From a virus (Duplodnaviria; Caudoviricetes), in IMG/VR virus record IMGVR_UViG_3300049988_000245, positions 1 to 64,000 of that record: a stretch of DNA of 64,000 nt; one strand, given 5' to 3'. The translations under genes and the position numbers were made by a program. The stretch's first letter is position 1. The number at the start of each line of letters is the position of its first letter. The notes under the pieces were generated by a model, which had not been told where the DNA came from, made no database searches, and saw nothing but the letters and a program-made list of their open reading frames with translations. Shown here piece after piece: positions 26,701 through 36,088 of the stretch.

Positions 26701-27155
26701 GCACCACGGTCGTCATCATCAAGGACCATACCCAGAGCCTCGCCATGACGCTCGTATACGGTCTGAATCACAAGGAGACGATTGAAGCCCGGTTCGAGCA
26801 GGAAGACGCCCTCCTGGCCCGCCTACAGGGGAATCCGATGTTCAAGGGCGTGCTCCGGCTGGGTCAGCTTGAGCCACAGCATTATCGGGCGCTCCTGTCC
26901 CTTCATCTCTCCCTGGTGGCCGATCTCAGCCCGGAGAAGCGACGCAACACCCTGCACCCGCTGATGCGTTCCCTGGACATTCTCATGCTCGGGTTGATCC
27001 TATGCACGGAGAAGAGGATTCAGGGGTCGATCACCATGATGACGGTGAATCGCACGAACGATACCGTGCTGTTCGACATCAACGCGTCTCTGGACGAGTA
27101 CGAGATTCCAAAACCGAAACCGTCAGGGCTTCGCGTCATCGTGGACAACGCGTGA
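26697..27155 (+). CDS. Hypothetical protein
   Basis: ATGA-coupled ORF. Confidence 0.65.
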   Translation: MSTTVVIIKDHTQSLAMTLVYGLNHKETIEARFEQEDALLARLQGNPMFKGVLRLGQLEPQHYRALLSLHLSLVADLSPEKRRNTLHPLMRSLDILMLGLILCTEKRIQGSITMMTVNRTNDTVLFDINASLDEYEIPKPKPSGLRVIVDNA

Positions 27156-27266
27156 AGGGCATGGCCGCCGGATTATCCAGGCGGACAGCACACCGATCCC
27201 GAGAGTCCCGAACAGGGCCGTCAGCGGAAGGATGATGAACAGAAACGTATCGGCGGAGACCATCAT
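27123..27266 (-). CDS. 47-aa single-TM peptide (not in ORF track)
   Basis: MMVSADTFLFIILPLTALFGTLGIGVLSAWIIRR...; TGATG coupling to paralog. Confidence 0.5.
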   Translation of the reverse strand: MMVSADTFLFIILPLTALFGTLGIGVLSAWIIRRPCPSRVVHDDAKP

Positions 27267-27526
27267 CACGACCACCTGATCCTGAATTCGAACGCGTCAT
27301 CGTCGTCTCGAAAAACGAACGTCGTGCCACCGTGCTGGTCGATAAAGCCCCAGCGACCCTGAGACTCTTTCTCACGCCGACGCCATGTCTTACCGATCAT
27401 GCTGCGGTCACCGAAATGCTCAAGGCACCACAGATGGACAATGGCTTTATTGTCCCACGGGCCTTTGAACACGTGGTAGTAGCCGGGATACCAGAGGGCA
27501 TCGCTCAGGCTGTAGGTGTATGCCAT
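27266..27526 (-). CDS. Family-F small paralog
   Basis: LWCLEHFG...FVFRDDDDAFEFRIRWS. Confidence 0.8.
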   Translation of the reverse strand: MAYTYSLSDALWYPGYYHVFKGPWDNKAIVHLWCLEHFGDRSMIGKTWRRREKESQGRWGFIDQHGGTTFVFRDDDDAFEFRIRWS

Positions 27527-27858
27527 CGAAGCTTGAACTCGATCGCCTCATGGGCGTGCTCGAACAGGTAATCGTGCGTCAGGTGCGACTCCGAGACGAC
27601 GATCCATGTCCCGGTTGACCACGACACGTACGCGGTGTCCATGGCATTCGAAATCAGGCAGGGCGTGCCGATCCGCTCCCATATCCAGCGGGTAATCTCC
27701 TCATCGAGATCGCTCGTTGGCACTTTGATCGTGACCACGTGGGGGAATTTTTCCCGTAAAAACGGAATCATAAGAATGTGATTCGACCTCGGCGAAATCC
27801 ATTCCTCGTTGCGCTCCCAACTGCGCTCGAACTTGGTATCGTCGAGGCTCAGCATCAT
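27505..27858 (-). CDS. Family-F paralog
   Basis: Ends YLFEHAHEAIEFKLRWHTPTA. Confidence 0.75.
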   Translation of the reverse strand: MMLSLDDTKFERSWERNEEWISPRSNHILMIPFLREKFPHVVTIKVPTSDLDEEITRWIWERIGTPCLISNAMDTAYVSWSTGTWIVVSESHLTHDYLFEHAHEAIEFKLRWHTPTA

Positions 27859-28076
27859 CCCCACATGATCCTCACGGCGCTCGCCATGCCCCGGTCGGAG
27901 CAATGGAAGGTGATCGTCTCACCCAAAGTGAAACAGAACGAGAGGCGTTCCGGAGGCTTGTCCGGCTTCGCCTCCCATGTGAGATGCACCCAATCTTGCA
28001 TCTCCCAAATCGGGGGATGTCCTGGCTTCATGGGCACCTGATAGATCAGTTTGGCGTTATGTCCGATCGGCGGCAT
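27855..28076 (-). CDS. Family-F small paralog
   Basis: Ends FHCSDRGMASAVRIMWG. Confidence 0.65.
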   Translation of the reverse strand: MPPIGHNAKLIYQVPMKPGHPPIWEMQDWVHLTWEAKPDKPPERLSFCFTLGETITFHCSDRGMASAVRIMWG

Positions 28077-28459
28077 CAGTCGTGGTACATCTCGAAGCTG
28101 GCGTGGTTGCCCGCGTTGTCGAAGGTGAGAGCAAGGCTCTCTTTTTCGCGGCGGTTCAAGGGAAATTTCGAACCCGTGCGCTGCACCCGGAGGTACTTCG
28201 CGGTGTCACCGCCGACCGACTGGAGACGGTCGAACTCCTCGTGCGCCAGGGCGCTCGGGATACCGTCGCGGGCGGTAAACATCACGAAGATGCGGCGGCG
28301 GATCGCGACGAAGGCGGGGTCGATCACCATGGCGGCCTTTTCGATCTCCGCCGGAGTCATGCCGATCCGATAGTTGCCGATCTCACGGCCCTCGATCATC
28401 TGACGAGCAACGTCGTCGGCGACGGAGAGGGCGGGGACCAGGGTCAGGGTGATCGACAT
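28076..28459 (-). CDS. Hypothetical protein, divergent family-F-like C-terminus
   Basis: Ends LTFDNAGNHASFEMYHD; SD GGAG. Confidence 0.6.
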   Translation of the reverse strand: MSITLTLVPALSVADDVARQMIEGREIGNYRIGMTPAEIEKAAMVIDPAFVAIRRRIFVMFTARDGIPSALAHEEFDRLQSVGGDTAKYLRVQRTGSKFPLNRREKESLALTFDNAGNHASFEMYHD

Positions 28460-28510
28460 GTGGGGCTCTCCGTTGCTGATTTCCCTAATATACAGCAATC
28501 AGAGATAACG

Positions 28511-28876
28511 TCAACTACCTAGCTGGACCGAGAGCGACCCGAACATCATTTTGAACGCAAACGCCGTATTGGCATCACTGAACGAGAATCGATGCCGGTA
28601 TCCGACGATCGGAAAGACCACGTCCATCTGACTGTAGACGTGGAAGATTTCTTCCTCGTTGGTGAAGTAGACGTTATCCACCGTGTTGTGGCGAATCTTC
28701 CTCTCCCGGTGGACGTATGAGCCGGGCAACGCGACATCATCCAACCAAGCTTCGATCTCGGGCATGCATGCGTACCGGTGGGGTCGCATCGGGTTGGGTC
28801 CGGTAAAAATCTCGTCGATTTCTACCTCGGCCGTTTGGTCACCCAACCGGTACAGGTCGTCCAGGCGGCGCGCCAT
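28511..28876 (-). CDS. Family-F paralog
   Basis: EIEAWL...FSFSDANTAFAFKMMFG. Confidence 0.75.
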   Translation of the reverse strand: MARRLDDLYRLGDQTAEVEIDEIFTGPNPMRPHRYACMPEIEAWLDDVALPGSYVHRERKIRHNTVDNVYFTNEEEIFHVYSQMDVVFPIVGYRHRFSFSDANTAFAFKMMFGSLSVQLGS

Positions 28877-29904
28877 CAGGCAGCGAGACCGTTCTTCACC
28901 ACGACCATGGCCTTCTTGTTGTGCAGGTGGTTGTGGCCGGAGCGGACGTACTTGCCCACGCAGGTCTTGTACTCGGAGTAGGCGAATCTCCGGCTCACCC
29001 GAAGGACATAGCCTTCGTCGCGCTTGAAATCCATCTTCTCCTGCACCTTCATGATCGCCGTGCGATCGAAATACCCTTCCCACAGGGTCTCCACCGGGGC
29101 GATACCGAGCAGCTTGAACCAATCGTTCGTCTCGTCCACGCTCAGGCACTCGTTCTGCTCGTTCCACACTTGAAAACCGAGGAAGTACGAGGAGAGATCG
29201 TCGTACCGGATCGAGTGCTGTGCGAACAGGTTCTCACCCACCACGCGCCATTCCGGGGGAATGTCGTGGGCAATACCGGACCAGAAGCTCTTCACCCAAT
29301 GCATCTGCGGGTGATCACGACCATCGAGCGCCCGGCCGTGGATGTGGTCGGAGTACAGCGAGGTGTTCCCGCCGTCCATCTTCCGGGTCATCGTGCAGTG
29401 CTGGCCCTGGAACGCGTTCATCGTCGCGAGCACGCGGTCATCCGGGTTCATTCCGGGGGACCACGGCAGATGCCATGTCCGAGGAGCCTTCACGTGATGG
29501 GTGAAGCTGTCGAGATGATCGGCGATGATCTTCTGGACCGAGCCGTCGAAGAACAACTCTCCACGCAGACGGCGACCGCCCGGCATGACGATGTTACCCC
29601 ATTTGTCGTAGACCTGATCCTCGTACAGGTGCTCGGGCAGAACCACCCGCTGAATACCAGCGGCCTCACGAACCTCTTCCGTCGAGATGTCGGTGCGCTC
29701 GCAGGCGAGATGGTGCTTCTCGCAGACACTGGCGCCGTTATCGAGGAAGTACCCACCCAACTCATGCGGGGCCGTGAAAAGACGGCGTTCGAGGATGTGG
29801 TGGGCGTCCTTCGCAGGCGCCGAGCAGAACACGCATGTATGGTTGTCGCGTGCGAATACGCCGTTGCGGAAGTCGTCCCGGAGTAGAAGCTTACTGTTTT
29901 TCAT
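28876..29904 (-). CDS. HNH-domain / ATP-dependent RNA ligase fusion
   Basis: N-terminal CxxC..DAHH...NG...C..HH; ligase motifs KMDG, GEN, EGYV, KYVR; PRTWHLPWSPG. Confidence 0.85.
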   Translation of the reverse strand: MKNSKLLLRDDFRNGVFARDNHTCVFCSAPAKDAHHILERRLFTAPHELGGYFLDNGASVCEKHHLACERTDISTEEVREAAGIQRVVLPEHLYEDQVYDKWGNIVMPGGRRLRGELFFDGSVQKIIADHLDSFTHHVKAPRTWHLPWSPGMNPDDRVLATMNAFQGQHCTMTRKMDGGNTSLYSDHIHGRALDGRDHPQMHWVKSFWSGIAHDIPPEWRVVGENLFAQHSIRYDDLSSYFLGFQVWNEQNECLSVDETNDWFKLLGIAPVETLWEGYFDRTAIMKVQEKMDFKRDEGYVLRVSRRFAYSEYKTCVGKYVRSGHNHLHNKKAMVVVKNGLAA

Positions 29905-29954
29905 GGTGCCCTCCCCTGGTTGATTCGCCTAATATACGCGGATTCGTTCAAACG

Positions 29955-30227
29955 TCAAGCCATCGGGAAGTCGCACTTCTGGAAGCCCGTCATGGTGTCG
30001 TGCCAGCCTAGAAGCTCGTTGCCGATCTGCAAGAACCGGACGATATTGGCCTTGTCAAACATGTCGCCGTTCTGATGCGCGCGGGCAAAAATCAGAAAAA
30101 TCTGCTCGGATTCCTTGTAGATCGCTCGAACTTCTTTCTCGTTTGAAGGCATTGCCGTGATAATCTCTTGGGCCATCACCGCATAGGACTTCATCTTCGA
30201 GCTTAAATCGATTTTCTCACCCATCAT
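29955..30227 (-). CDS. Hypothetical protein
   Basis: ATGA-coupled ORF with SD GAGGTGG. Confidence 0.6.
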   Translation of the reverse strand: MMGEKIDLSSKMKSYAVMAQEIITAMPSNEKEVRAIYKESEQIFLIFARAHQNGDMFDKANIVRFLQIGNELLGWHDTMTGFQKCDFPMA

Positions 30228-30460
30228 ACCCACCTCATTTTAAATGCCGTTGCATCGTCTAAACGCTTAAAATACCAATCGTATCCAGACTTTGCGTCGA
30301 GAAACACATCGGTAATCAGACGATTACCGAGCAGGTCTTGCAGCCAATTCTCCATTTCGGGCTGCATACTGTTGTAACTGCGCTTCGCCTTCACGTGGAA
30401 GTCATAGCGGTTCATCCATTCGGTCGGGTCGATCGAGTCGTCCGCGTCTGGCTCCCTCAC
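30224..30460 (-). CDS. Family-F small paralog
   Basis: GTGA overlap with serS stop; ends WYFKRLDDATAFKMRWV. Confidence 0.7.
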   Translation of the reverse strand: MREPDADDSIDPTEWMNRYDFHVKAKRSYNSMQPEMENWLQDLLGNRLITDVFLDAKSGYDWYFKRLDDATAFKMRWV

Positions 30461-31749
30461 GTGGGCTCCTCCCGATTGATCTTCGTGACCCCACCCATGT
30501 AGGGGGCCAGGACGCTCGGCACGTTGATCGAGCCGTCCGTGTTCTGGTGGTTCTCCATGATCGCGATCAGCGTGCGACCGACCGCGAGGCCGGAGCCGTT
30601 CAGGGTATGCAAGAACTGTGTCTTGCCGTCCGGACCACGGTGGCGCGCGCCCATGCGGCGGGCCTGGAAGTCCCCGCACCACGAGATGGACGAGATTTCC
30701 CGGAACGTCGCCTGACCGGGCATCCACACCTCGACATCGTACGTGCGAGCGGCCGAGAACCCCATGTCCCCGGTGGACAACTTCATCACCCGGTGGGGAA
30801 GCTCCAACAGCTTCAGCAGGTCGGTAGCCGCGCCCAGCATCTCCATGTGCTCGAACGGCGCCCGCTCGTACGAGCAGATCGACACGAGTTCACACTTCAT
30901 GAACTGGTGCTGGCGCAGCATTCCGCGCACGTCACGCCCGGCCGATCCCGCCTCCGCGCGGAAGCACGGGGTGAGTGCGGTCAGCCGCATCGGCAGGCGG
31001 CTCTCCTCGACAATTTGATCGGCAACCAGATTGGTCAATGGGACTTCAGCCGTGGGGATGAGGAATTGCCCGGCTTCGAAGTCTGACGCGCTGCCAACTC
31101 CATAGAGATCATCTACGAACTTCGGTAGCTGACCGGTGTTGAACAGGGCGGATTCATTCACGATCAGTGGGACCGAGACCTCGCGGTAGCCCTTGCCCGT
31201 GTTGTGGTCGATCATGAACTGCCCGATGGCACGTTCCAGGCGCGCCAGAGCCCCGTACAGGACGGTGTAGCGTGATCCGGACAGCCGAGCCGCCGTCTCG
31301 AAGTCCATCAGCCCCAGGGACGGCCCTAGCTCGTAGTGAGGCCGCCCCAGGGTCCCGGAAGCACCCCAGGTGCTCACCACGACGTTCGCGGTCTCGTCCG
31401 GACCCACCGGCACGTCCCTGGCCGGGTAGTTGGGGACCTCTGCGAAGGTTTCGTGCGCCTTCAGGGCGATGTCCGCGTGCTGGTACTCCAGCGCGGTCAG
31501 CCGCTCCTTGATCGCCTGGACCTGGGTCTTCAGCAAGTCTGCGAGATTTCGATCCCCTGCCTTCATCGCCGCCCCGATTTGTCCGGACAGCGCGTTACGG
31601 GCAGACTGCTCCGCCTGAATCTGCGTGGCAAGCTGGCGACGAAGGTCATCGAGAACCAGCAAGGGGGAGGCACGGAAGGCCGATCCACGCGAGGCCATTT
31701 GGGCATCGAATTGGTCGGGATTCGCACGGACGTACTGAATGTCAATCAT
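30457..31749 (-). CDS. serS: Seryl-tRNA synthetase (alphaproteobacterial type)
   Basis: N-terminal coiled-coil arm; LIPTAEVPL, FRAEAGSAGRD.RGMLRQHQF, EISSIS, HTLNGSGLAVGR. Confidence 0.97.
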   Translation of the reverse strand: MIDIQYVRANPDQFDAQMASRGSAFRASPLLVLDDLRRQLATQIQAEQSARNALSGQIGAAMKAGDRNLADLLKTQVQAIKERLTALEYQHADIALKAHETFAEVPNYPARDVPVGPDETANVVVSTWGASGTLGRPHYELGPSLGLMDFETAARLSGSRYTVLYGALARLERAIGQFMIDHNTGKGYREVSVPLIVNESALFNTGQLPKFVDDLYGVGSASDFEAGQFLIPTAEVPLTNLVADQIVEESRLPMRLTALTPCFRAEAGSAGRDVRGMLRQHQFMKCELVSICSYERAPFEHMEMLGAATDLLKLLELPHRVMKLSTGDMGFSAARTYDVEVWMPGQATFREISSISWCGDFQARRMGARHRGPDGKTQFLHTLNGSGLAVGRTLIAIMENHQNTDGSINVPSVLAPYMGGVTKINREEPT

Positions 31750-31856
31750 GTCGCCCCAGGTAGCCGAACTGGCTTTTTTGTCAAACCAAATTGGGATTGT
31801 TGGTTAAGTCATCCCCGTGTAAGGCAGGTGCGTACCAACACGTCTGGGTTCAACCA

Positions 31857-32123
31857 ATGCCCCTGTATCAGTATACGGCCACAGCCGATTCGGAGCCCAC
31901 CCTGGTGTTCGTCGCTGCCACCTCGATACAGGAGGCCGCGCACGCCCTGGCCGACTCTGACCTCGGTGACACCGATTGGGAATCGCTGAAGCCGTACATC
32001 GACGGGGAGAAGCGTCCGCGTCCGATCAAGGCGTTGGAGACGATCCCGGACGAATATCACGACGTTGTCTACTTTGGTGATAACGACAACGAGCAGACCG
32101 TACAGGAATTCTTCGACGAATGA
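31857..32123 (+). CDS. Small acidic hypothetical protein
   Basis: ORF divergent from serS. Confidence 0.55.
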   Translation: MPLYQYTATADSEPTLVFVAATSIQEAAHALADSDLGDTDWESLKPYIDGEKRPRPIKALETIPDEYHDVVYFGDNDNEQTVQEFFDE

Positions 32124-32180
32124 TTTAGGGATTCCATAAGGGCGCATGGTAGAACGGATTGTTCATCAATCGATTCTCCC

Positions 32181-32798
32181 ATGGCCCTTGTTAATACTGA
32201 CATCGACATTGACTTCGCGAATCGTGATCATGCCCTGAAGGGGCTGCATCATATTCCAGCCACCGTTCGGGATTCGATCGGACGCCACACCCGGCACGTC
32301 TCGGGGGTCTATTTCCAGCCCGTCCCGATCGACCCCCTCAGCGGGCTGTCCGCGTACGCCTATGACGAGGCGGCCGAACGCGGCTATTTTAAAATCGATT
32401 TCCTGAACAACTCGATCTATCAGGGCATTCGGGACGAAGCCCATCTGGACGAACTCCTCGCGAAGGAAGTCGAGTGGGAGTTATTTGATGAATCAACCTT
32501 CGTGGAGGAGCTTCCTCATATTGGGAATCACTTCGGCACAGTCCAATCGATCAAGCCGCGCTCGATCGAAGACCTCGCGGTGATTCTCGCCCTGATGCGT
32601 CCGGGCAAGCGCTACCTGATTGGTCAGCCCCGGTCGAAGGTGGACGAGGAAATCTGGAAGCCTGACCCGAAGGGGTACCACTTCAAGCGCGCCCACGCCA
32701 TCGCATACTCAGTATCCATTATCGTGAAACTCCATTTGCTTATTGAACAGCTTGGTTCTTCGATCGATGCGGAAAAAGCCAACGATGCCCTCTTCTAG
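32181..32798 (+). CDS. dnaE: Short DNA polymerase III alpha (DnaE)-like catalytic-core protein
   Basis: DIDIDF, RHVSGVY, GYFKIDFL, LALMRPG, FKRAHAIAY; no PHP domain. Confidence 0.75.
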   Translation: MALVNTDIDIDFANRDHALKGLHHIPATVRDSIGRHTRHVSGVYFQPVPIDPLSGLSAYAYDEAAERGYFKIDFLNNSIYQGIRDEAHLDELLAKEVEWELFDESTFVEELPHIGNHFGTVQSIKPRSIEDLAVILALMRPGKRYLIGQPRSKVDEEIWKPDPKGYHFKRAHAIAYSVSIIVKLHLLIEQLGSSIDAEKANDALF

Positions 32799-33165
32799 CC
32801 TACACGCGGGCTATCCCCGGTGGGGGGACGATCTCTACTTGGTCGGCGACGTGTATGATTCTGAAACGAGCAAGCAGATTTGGACCTGCCTGATCATGCG
32901 AATCTATGATCACGAGAAAGACCTCGATCGTGGCCGATTCGAAAATTTCAAGCGCGAAACTCGGGAGTTCACCGTCTCGTTCAAGCTGACCAATCAGTCC
33001 CAACCCTGGGCCACCCTCATCGGACCGATGATCAACTGGATCGCCGAGATCGGCAATCAGCCATGGAGCTTGGACATCGACATCCTACACGTGGGCGAGG
33101 GGCGGTTCGACTTCAGCTTCGACGAACTCGATGTGGCGACGATGTTCAAGCTGGTGTTCGCATGA
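32785..33165 (+). CDS. Family-F paralog
   Basis: Ends FSFDELDVATMFKLVFA. Confidence 0.7.
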   Translation: MPSSSLHAGYPRWGDDLYLVGDVYDSETSKQIWTCLIMRIYDHEKDLDRGRFENFKRETREFTVSFKLTNQSQPWATLIGPMINWIAEIGNQPWSLDIDILHVGEGRFDFSFDELDVATMFKLVFA

Positions 33166-33404
33166 ACTACCAGTTCGACGTCGAGAGCGCGTGGTTTCCC
33201 GTCCACGAGAGCCCGAAGCCGCGCAAGGATTGGTTCCGGAAGCGCTACGAGGTGCTGGCCGAATGGCTGGACGAAAACACCCCGGAGTGGAAGTTCAGGG
33301 CGGAACTAGACAATTACGAGTACGACTCGATCTACTCGTTCTATCGAATCGTCGTTCAGTTCGATGAAGAGGATGACGCATTCCTCTATAAGATGCGCTG
33401 GTGA
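33162..33404 (+). CDS. Family-F small paralog
   Basis: LAEWLDEN...VQFDEEDDAFLYKMRW. Confidence 0.8.
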   Translation: MNYQFDVESAWFPVHESPKPRKDWFRKRYEVLAEWLDENTPEWKFRAELDNYEYDSIYSFYRIVVQFDEEDDAFLYKMRW

Positions 33405-33439
33405 TTCTATAGGGTGTTTATAAGGCTTTAAATAGCTTT

Positions 33440-33884
33440 ATGACCTATCAGAACCCTCCCCGTGGCGGTATCGTCCAGCCAAACTCAAAGCATAGCTATC
33501 GTGTCAAGTTTCGCGGTGGCTTCATCGATACCTCGGAATCCTACCTTGATTTCATGCAAAACATGATCTCGGTAGACCTAGACCTTGTCGCGAAGCGCAT
33601 CACCCTGGTGCCGGGACGACATTCTGGCGCTCGCCTCACAGCATATCGCAAAAATGCTGAAGCTGTCTGAATCCGATATCTGCATCGAGCATCTGTCGAA
33701 CTGTGCCGACGTGGTCTCGGTGAAGTCGTTCTCTCACTGCGAGGCGGTCTCGCACACGTACAAGCTCGATTATGCCGAGGCGGGTGCTGCCACACACACG
33801 CTGGTGTTCTCCTATTACGACTTTCGCACCTATCTGGCGCGCAAGCCCATCGATCCGGTTGAAGAGTTCGATCCGGTCATTTAG
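33440..33884 (+). pseudogene. Late gene apparently split by a +1 frameshift (33440-33670 and 33585-33884)
   Basis: TTAAATA promoter; second frame reads as a natural continuation and has no SD. Confidence 0.4.
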
Positions 33885-34144
33885 CACCAGCGCATCTTGA
33901 AATCGAACGCGTCGATTTCTTCGCGGAACATGATCTTTGGCGCCTCATGGTGCCAGAGCTTCTTTCGCTTCATCCGGTCCTCACACCACTGGACGACCTC
34001 AGAGAACTCTTTGGGCAACATACCTCTAGGTCCGATGAACCGGTACGGGTAATGACGATCCAAAGGAGACCCACCGATCCACCGACCGGTCTGGCGGTCA
34101 TAATAGTTATAGCTCCCTCGTTTCATCTCGATGAATTTTAGCAT
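33881..34144 (-). CDS. Family-F small paralog
   Basis: EVVQWCE...IMFREEIDAFDFKMRWC. Confidence 0.8.
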   Translation of the reverse strand: MLKFIEMKRGSYNYYDRQTGRWIGGSPLDRHYPYRFIGPRGMLPKEFSEVVQWCEDRMKRKKLWHHEAPKIMFREEIDAFDFKMRWC

Positions 34145-34145
34145 C

Positions 34146-34589
34146 TCAGTACCACTGCATCTTGAACCACATGGCTTCGTTCGGGTCCTCAAACCACAGG
34201 ATCGCTTCGGACAGTTGATGATCCGAAAACGGCAGCATCGTCCATTGCGAGACGAGATTCGACTTACACCATTCCCGTACGTCCTTACGCAGGGAATGCC
34301 GCTTCGCCAAACCATCCAAGATGGACCGCGCTGATCCGTAGAGTTCTCGCCGTCCATCCGCCTCCAGATTGAGGCGCGCCCCTCCGGCGTACCGAATCTC
34401 ATGATCCTCGTGAAACGCAGCGAGGCGAGCAGCATAATCCTGGCTCGCAAGAATGCGCCGTTGGTGTTCTTCCGCTTCCCGTTCGATCCACTGCTGGGTT
34501 TCATACCGCGCCGCCTTGACCCCGGCAATGACGAACGTGATTAGCATTCCCATACACAGCAGGAAAACAATGAATCCTGCCACGTTCAT
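34146..34589 (-). CDS. Family-F domain with N-terminal TM anchor and coiled coil
   Basis: TM helix; DVREWCKSN...LWFEDPNEAMWFKMQWY. Confidence 0.8.
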   Translation of the reverse strand: MNVAGFIVFLLCMGMLITFVIAGVKAARYETQQWIEREAEEHQRRILASQDYAARLAAFHEDHEIRYAGGARLNLEADGRRELYGSARSILDGLAKRHSLRKDVREWCKSNLVSQWTMLPFSDHQLSEAILWFEDPNEAMWFKMQWY

Positions 34590-34642
34590 TTGGGGTCCCT
34601 CCGACTCAGGAGAAGCTGAAACATCGTCGAGGACGGGTCCAT
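34586..34642 (-). CDS. 18-aa peptide coupled to downstream gene
   Basis: SD GGAG, MDPSSTMFQLLLSRRDPK, ATGA overlap. Confidence 0.35.
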   Translation of the reverse strand: MDPSSTMFQLLLSRRDPK

Positions 34643-34655
34643 GAAATCTCCAAAC

Positions 34656-34681
34656 AAAAAGCCGCTAGAACTCTAGCGGCT
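34656..34681 (-). terminator. Intrinsic terminator
   Basis: AGCCGCTAGA/TCTAGCGGCT followed by T-run on minus strand. Confidence 0.7.
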
Positions 34682-34706
34682 CAATGTAACCCAATCCATA
34701 TTAATT

Positions 34707-35084
34707 TCAATCAGGACGACGAAGTAGGGTTACCTGCCGCTTGCGAACACGTCGAGCGATCGTCTCCTGAAGCGAGACCGAGGGTCCAGAGATTAGGTTA
34801 AAGTCTTTTCGGGCGAAGTGCTTGAGGAAGGGGCGGAACTGGCGGAACGTGGGGTCCTTCGTGAAGATGTTGATCGGCACCATACGGTTCGATCCCCACC
34901 ACCATGCCTCTCCAAAACGAAGAAACAGAGCCCGCTGAGCTTCATCTGGAATCAGGTCAAGCACATACATCGACAGCAACTGATTGTCGCTATTCTGAAT
35001 AATACCCAAATAATGCGTTTCCTGTAGACACCCGTAACTAAGGAACGGGAATGTCTCTAGAATCTTCTCAATTCGTTCATCCAT
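34707..35084 (-). CDS. Late hypothetical protein
   Basis: CTAAATA on minus strand at 35117-35111; FPFLS, YLGIIQN, WWW.SNR..PINIF. Confidence 0.75.
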   Translation of the reverse strand: MDERIEKILETFPFLSYGCLQETHYLGIIQNSDNQLLSMYVLDLIPDEAQRALFLRFGEAWWWGSNRMVPINIFTKDPTFRQFRPFLKHFARKDFNLISGPSVSLQETIARRVRKRQVTLLRRPD

Positions 35085-35198
35085 CTCATTGTACGCCAGT
35101 TATGTACTACTATTTAGTTAAGCGTACTCAAGCTACAACTTTATTAAATCTTACAACATAATCGGCCCCTCAGCCTCCTATATTGATCTGACATAAAT

Positions 35199-36086
35199 AT
35201 GACTATGTCGGTCGTGCACGTCTATAATATTCCGCAAGTTGTAATCCTGTGCACCGGCACTGGAGCCAACACAATGAACTTTCCTGTTTCGCGAACGGAC
35301 ATCAAGCTGTCCAAAAACGTCGAGAATGTCATCGATATCTACGTTCGTGACATAGATCGAAAGCCTACTGCACCGGGCGGCATTCTGACGCTGCGAATCT
35401 TAGACCGCAAGAATCGTCGGGTTGTTGCATCCGCACCACTACTGCTGGTGGACCCGAAGAAGGTTCAGTACACCGCGACAATCTCTGGTCTCGACCTAAT
35501 CGAGGTCGATGTCGGGTACTACGACTATGTGGTCTCCTATACGGCCCCGAACGGATTGGAGAGCCTACTCTTCACAGACCGCGACCGGACCGAGATTTCC
35601 ACCGCCGAGGTCCGTCAGGGGCCGTTCCCCGATTACGTCGATGCGGTTCTCCTAACCAAGGACGGGATGCTCTCCCGCGATGTGACCACGCTGTATTCGG
35701 AGCCCCTGGATGGCGCCGCACGCGTGCGCAACGTCTCGGGAATCTCCTCGTTCGTCGTCCTGGGCAACCACTACACGGGCAAGATCACCGTGCAGGCGCT
35801 GCTCGATGCGATGCCGACCAACGATGACACGCAGTGGTTCGACGTAGCCTCGTACGAGTTCGACGATCTCACCGGGAATCAGGCGTTCACGTTCGAGGGG
35901 AACTTCGTCTGGGTCCGCTTCAAGCTGACCGACCGTTTGCCCTTGGTGATCCCGAAGGATGACGGCTGCTGCACCTCGTGCTTGGTCGGATGCCCCGAGG
36001 ATGACAAGCACAATTCACTGACCACCCCGATCGACTGGCCCGCCGAGACTCAGGTTGGTCTGCTTGAGATTCAGTTTAGAGCCTGA
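35199..36086 (+). CDS. Probable virion structural beta-sandwich protein (start uncertain)
   Basis: ATAAATA at 35193; all-beta composition. Confidence 0.6.
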   Translation: MTMSVVHVYNIPQVVILCTGTGANTMNFPVSRTDIKLSKNVENVIDIYVRDIDRKPTAPGGILTLRILDRKNRRVVASAPLLLVDPKKVQYTATISGLDLIEVDVGYYDYVVSYTAPNGLESLLFTDRDRTEISTAEVRQGPFPDYVDAVLLTKDGMLSRDVTTLYSEPLDGAARVRNVSGISSFVVLGNHYTGKITVQALLDAMPTNDDTQWFDVASYEFDDLTGNQAFTFEGNFVWVRFKLTDRLPLVIPKDDGCCTSCLVGCPEDDKHNSLTTPIDWPAETQVGLLEIQFRA

Positions 36087-36088
36087 AG

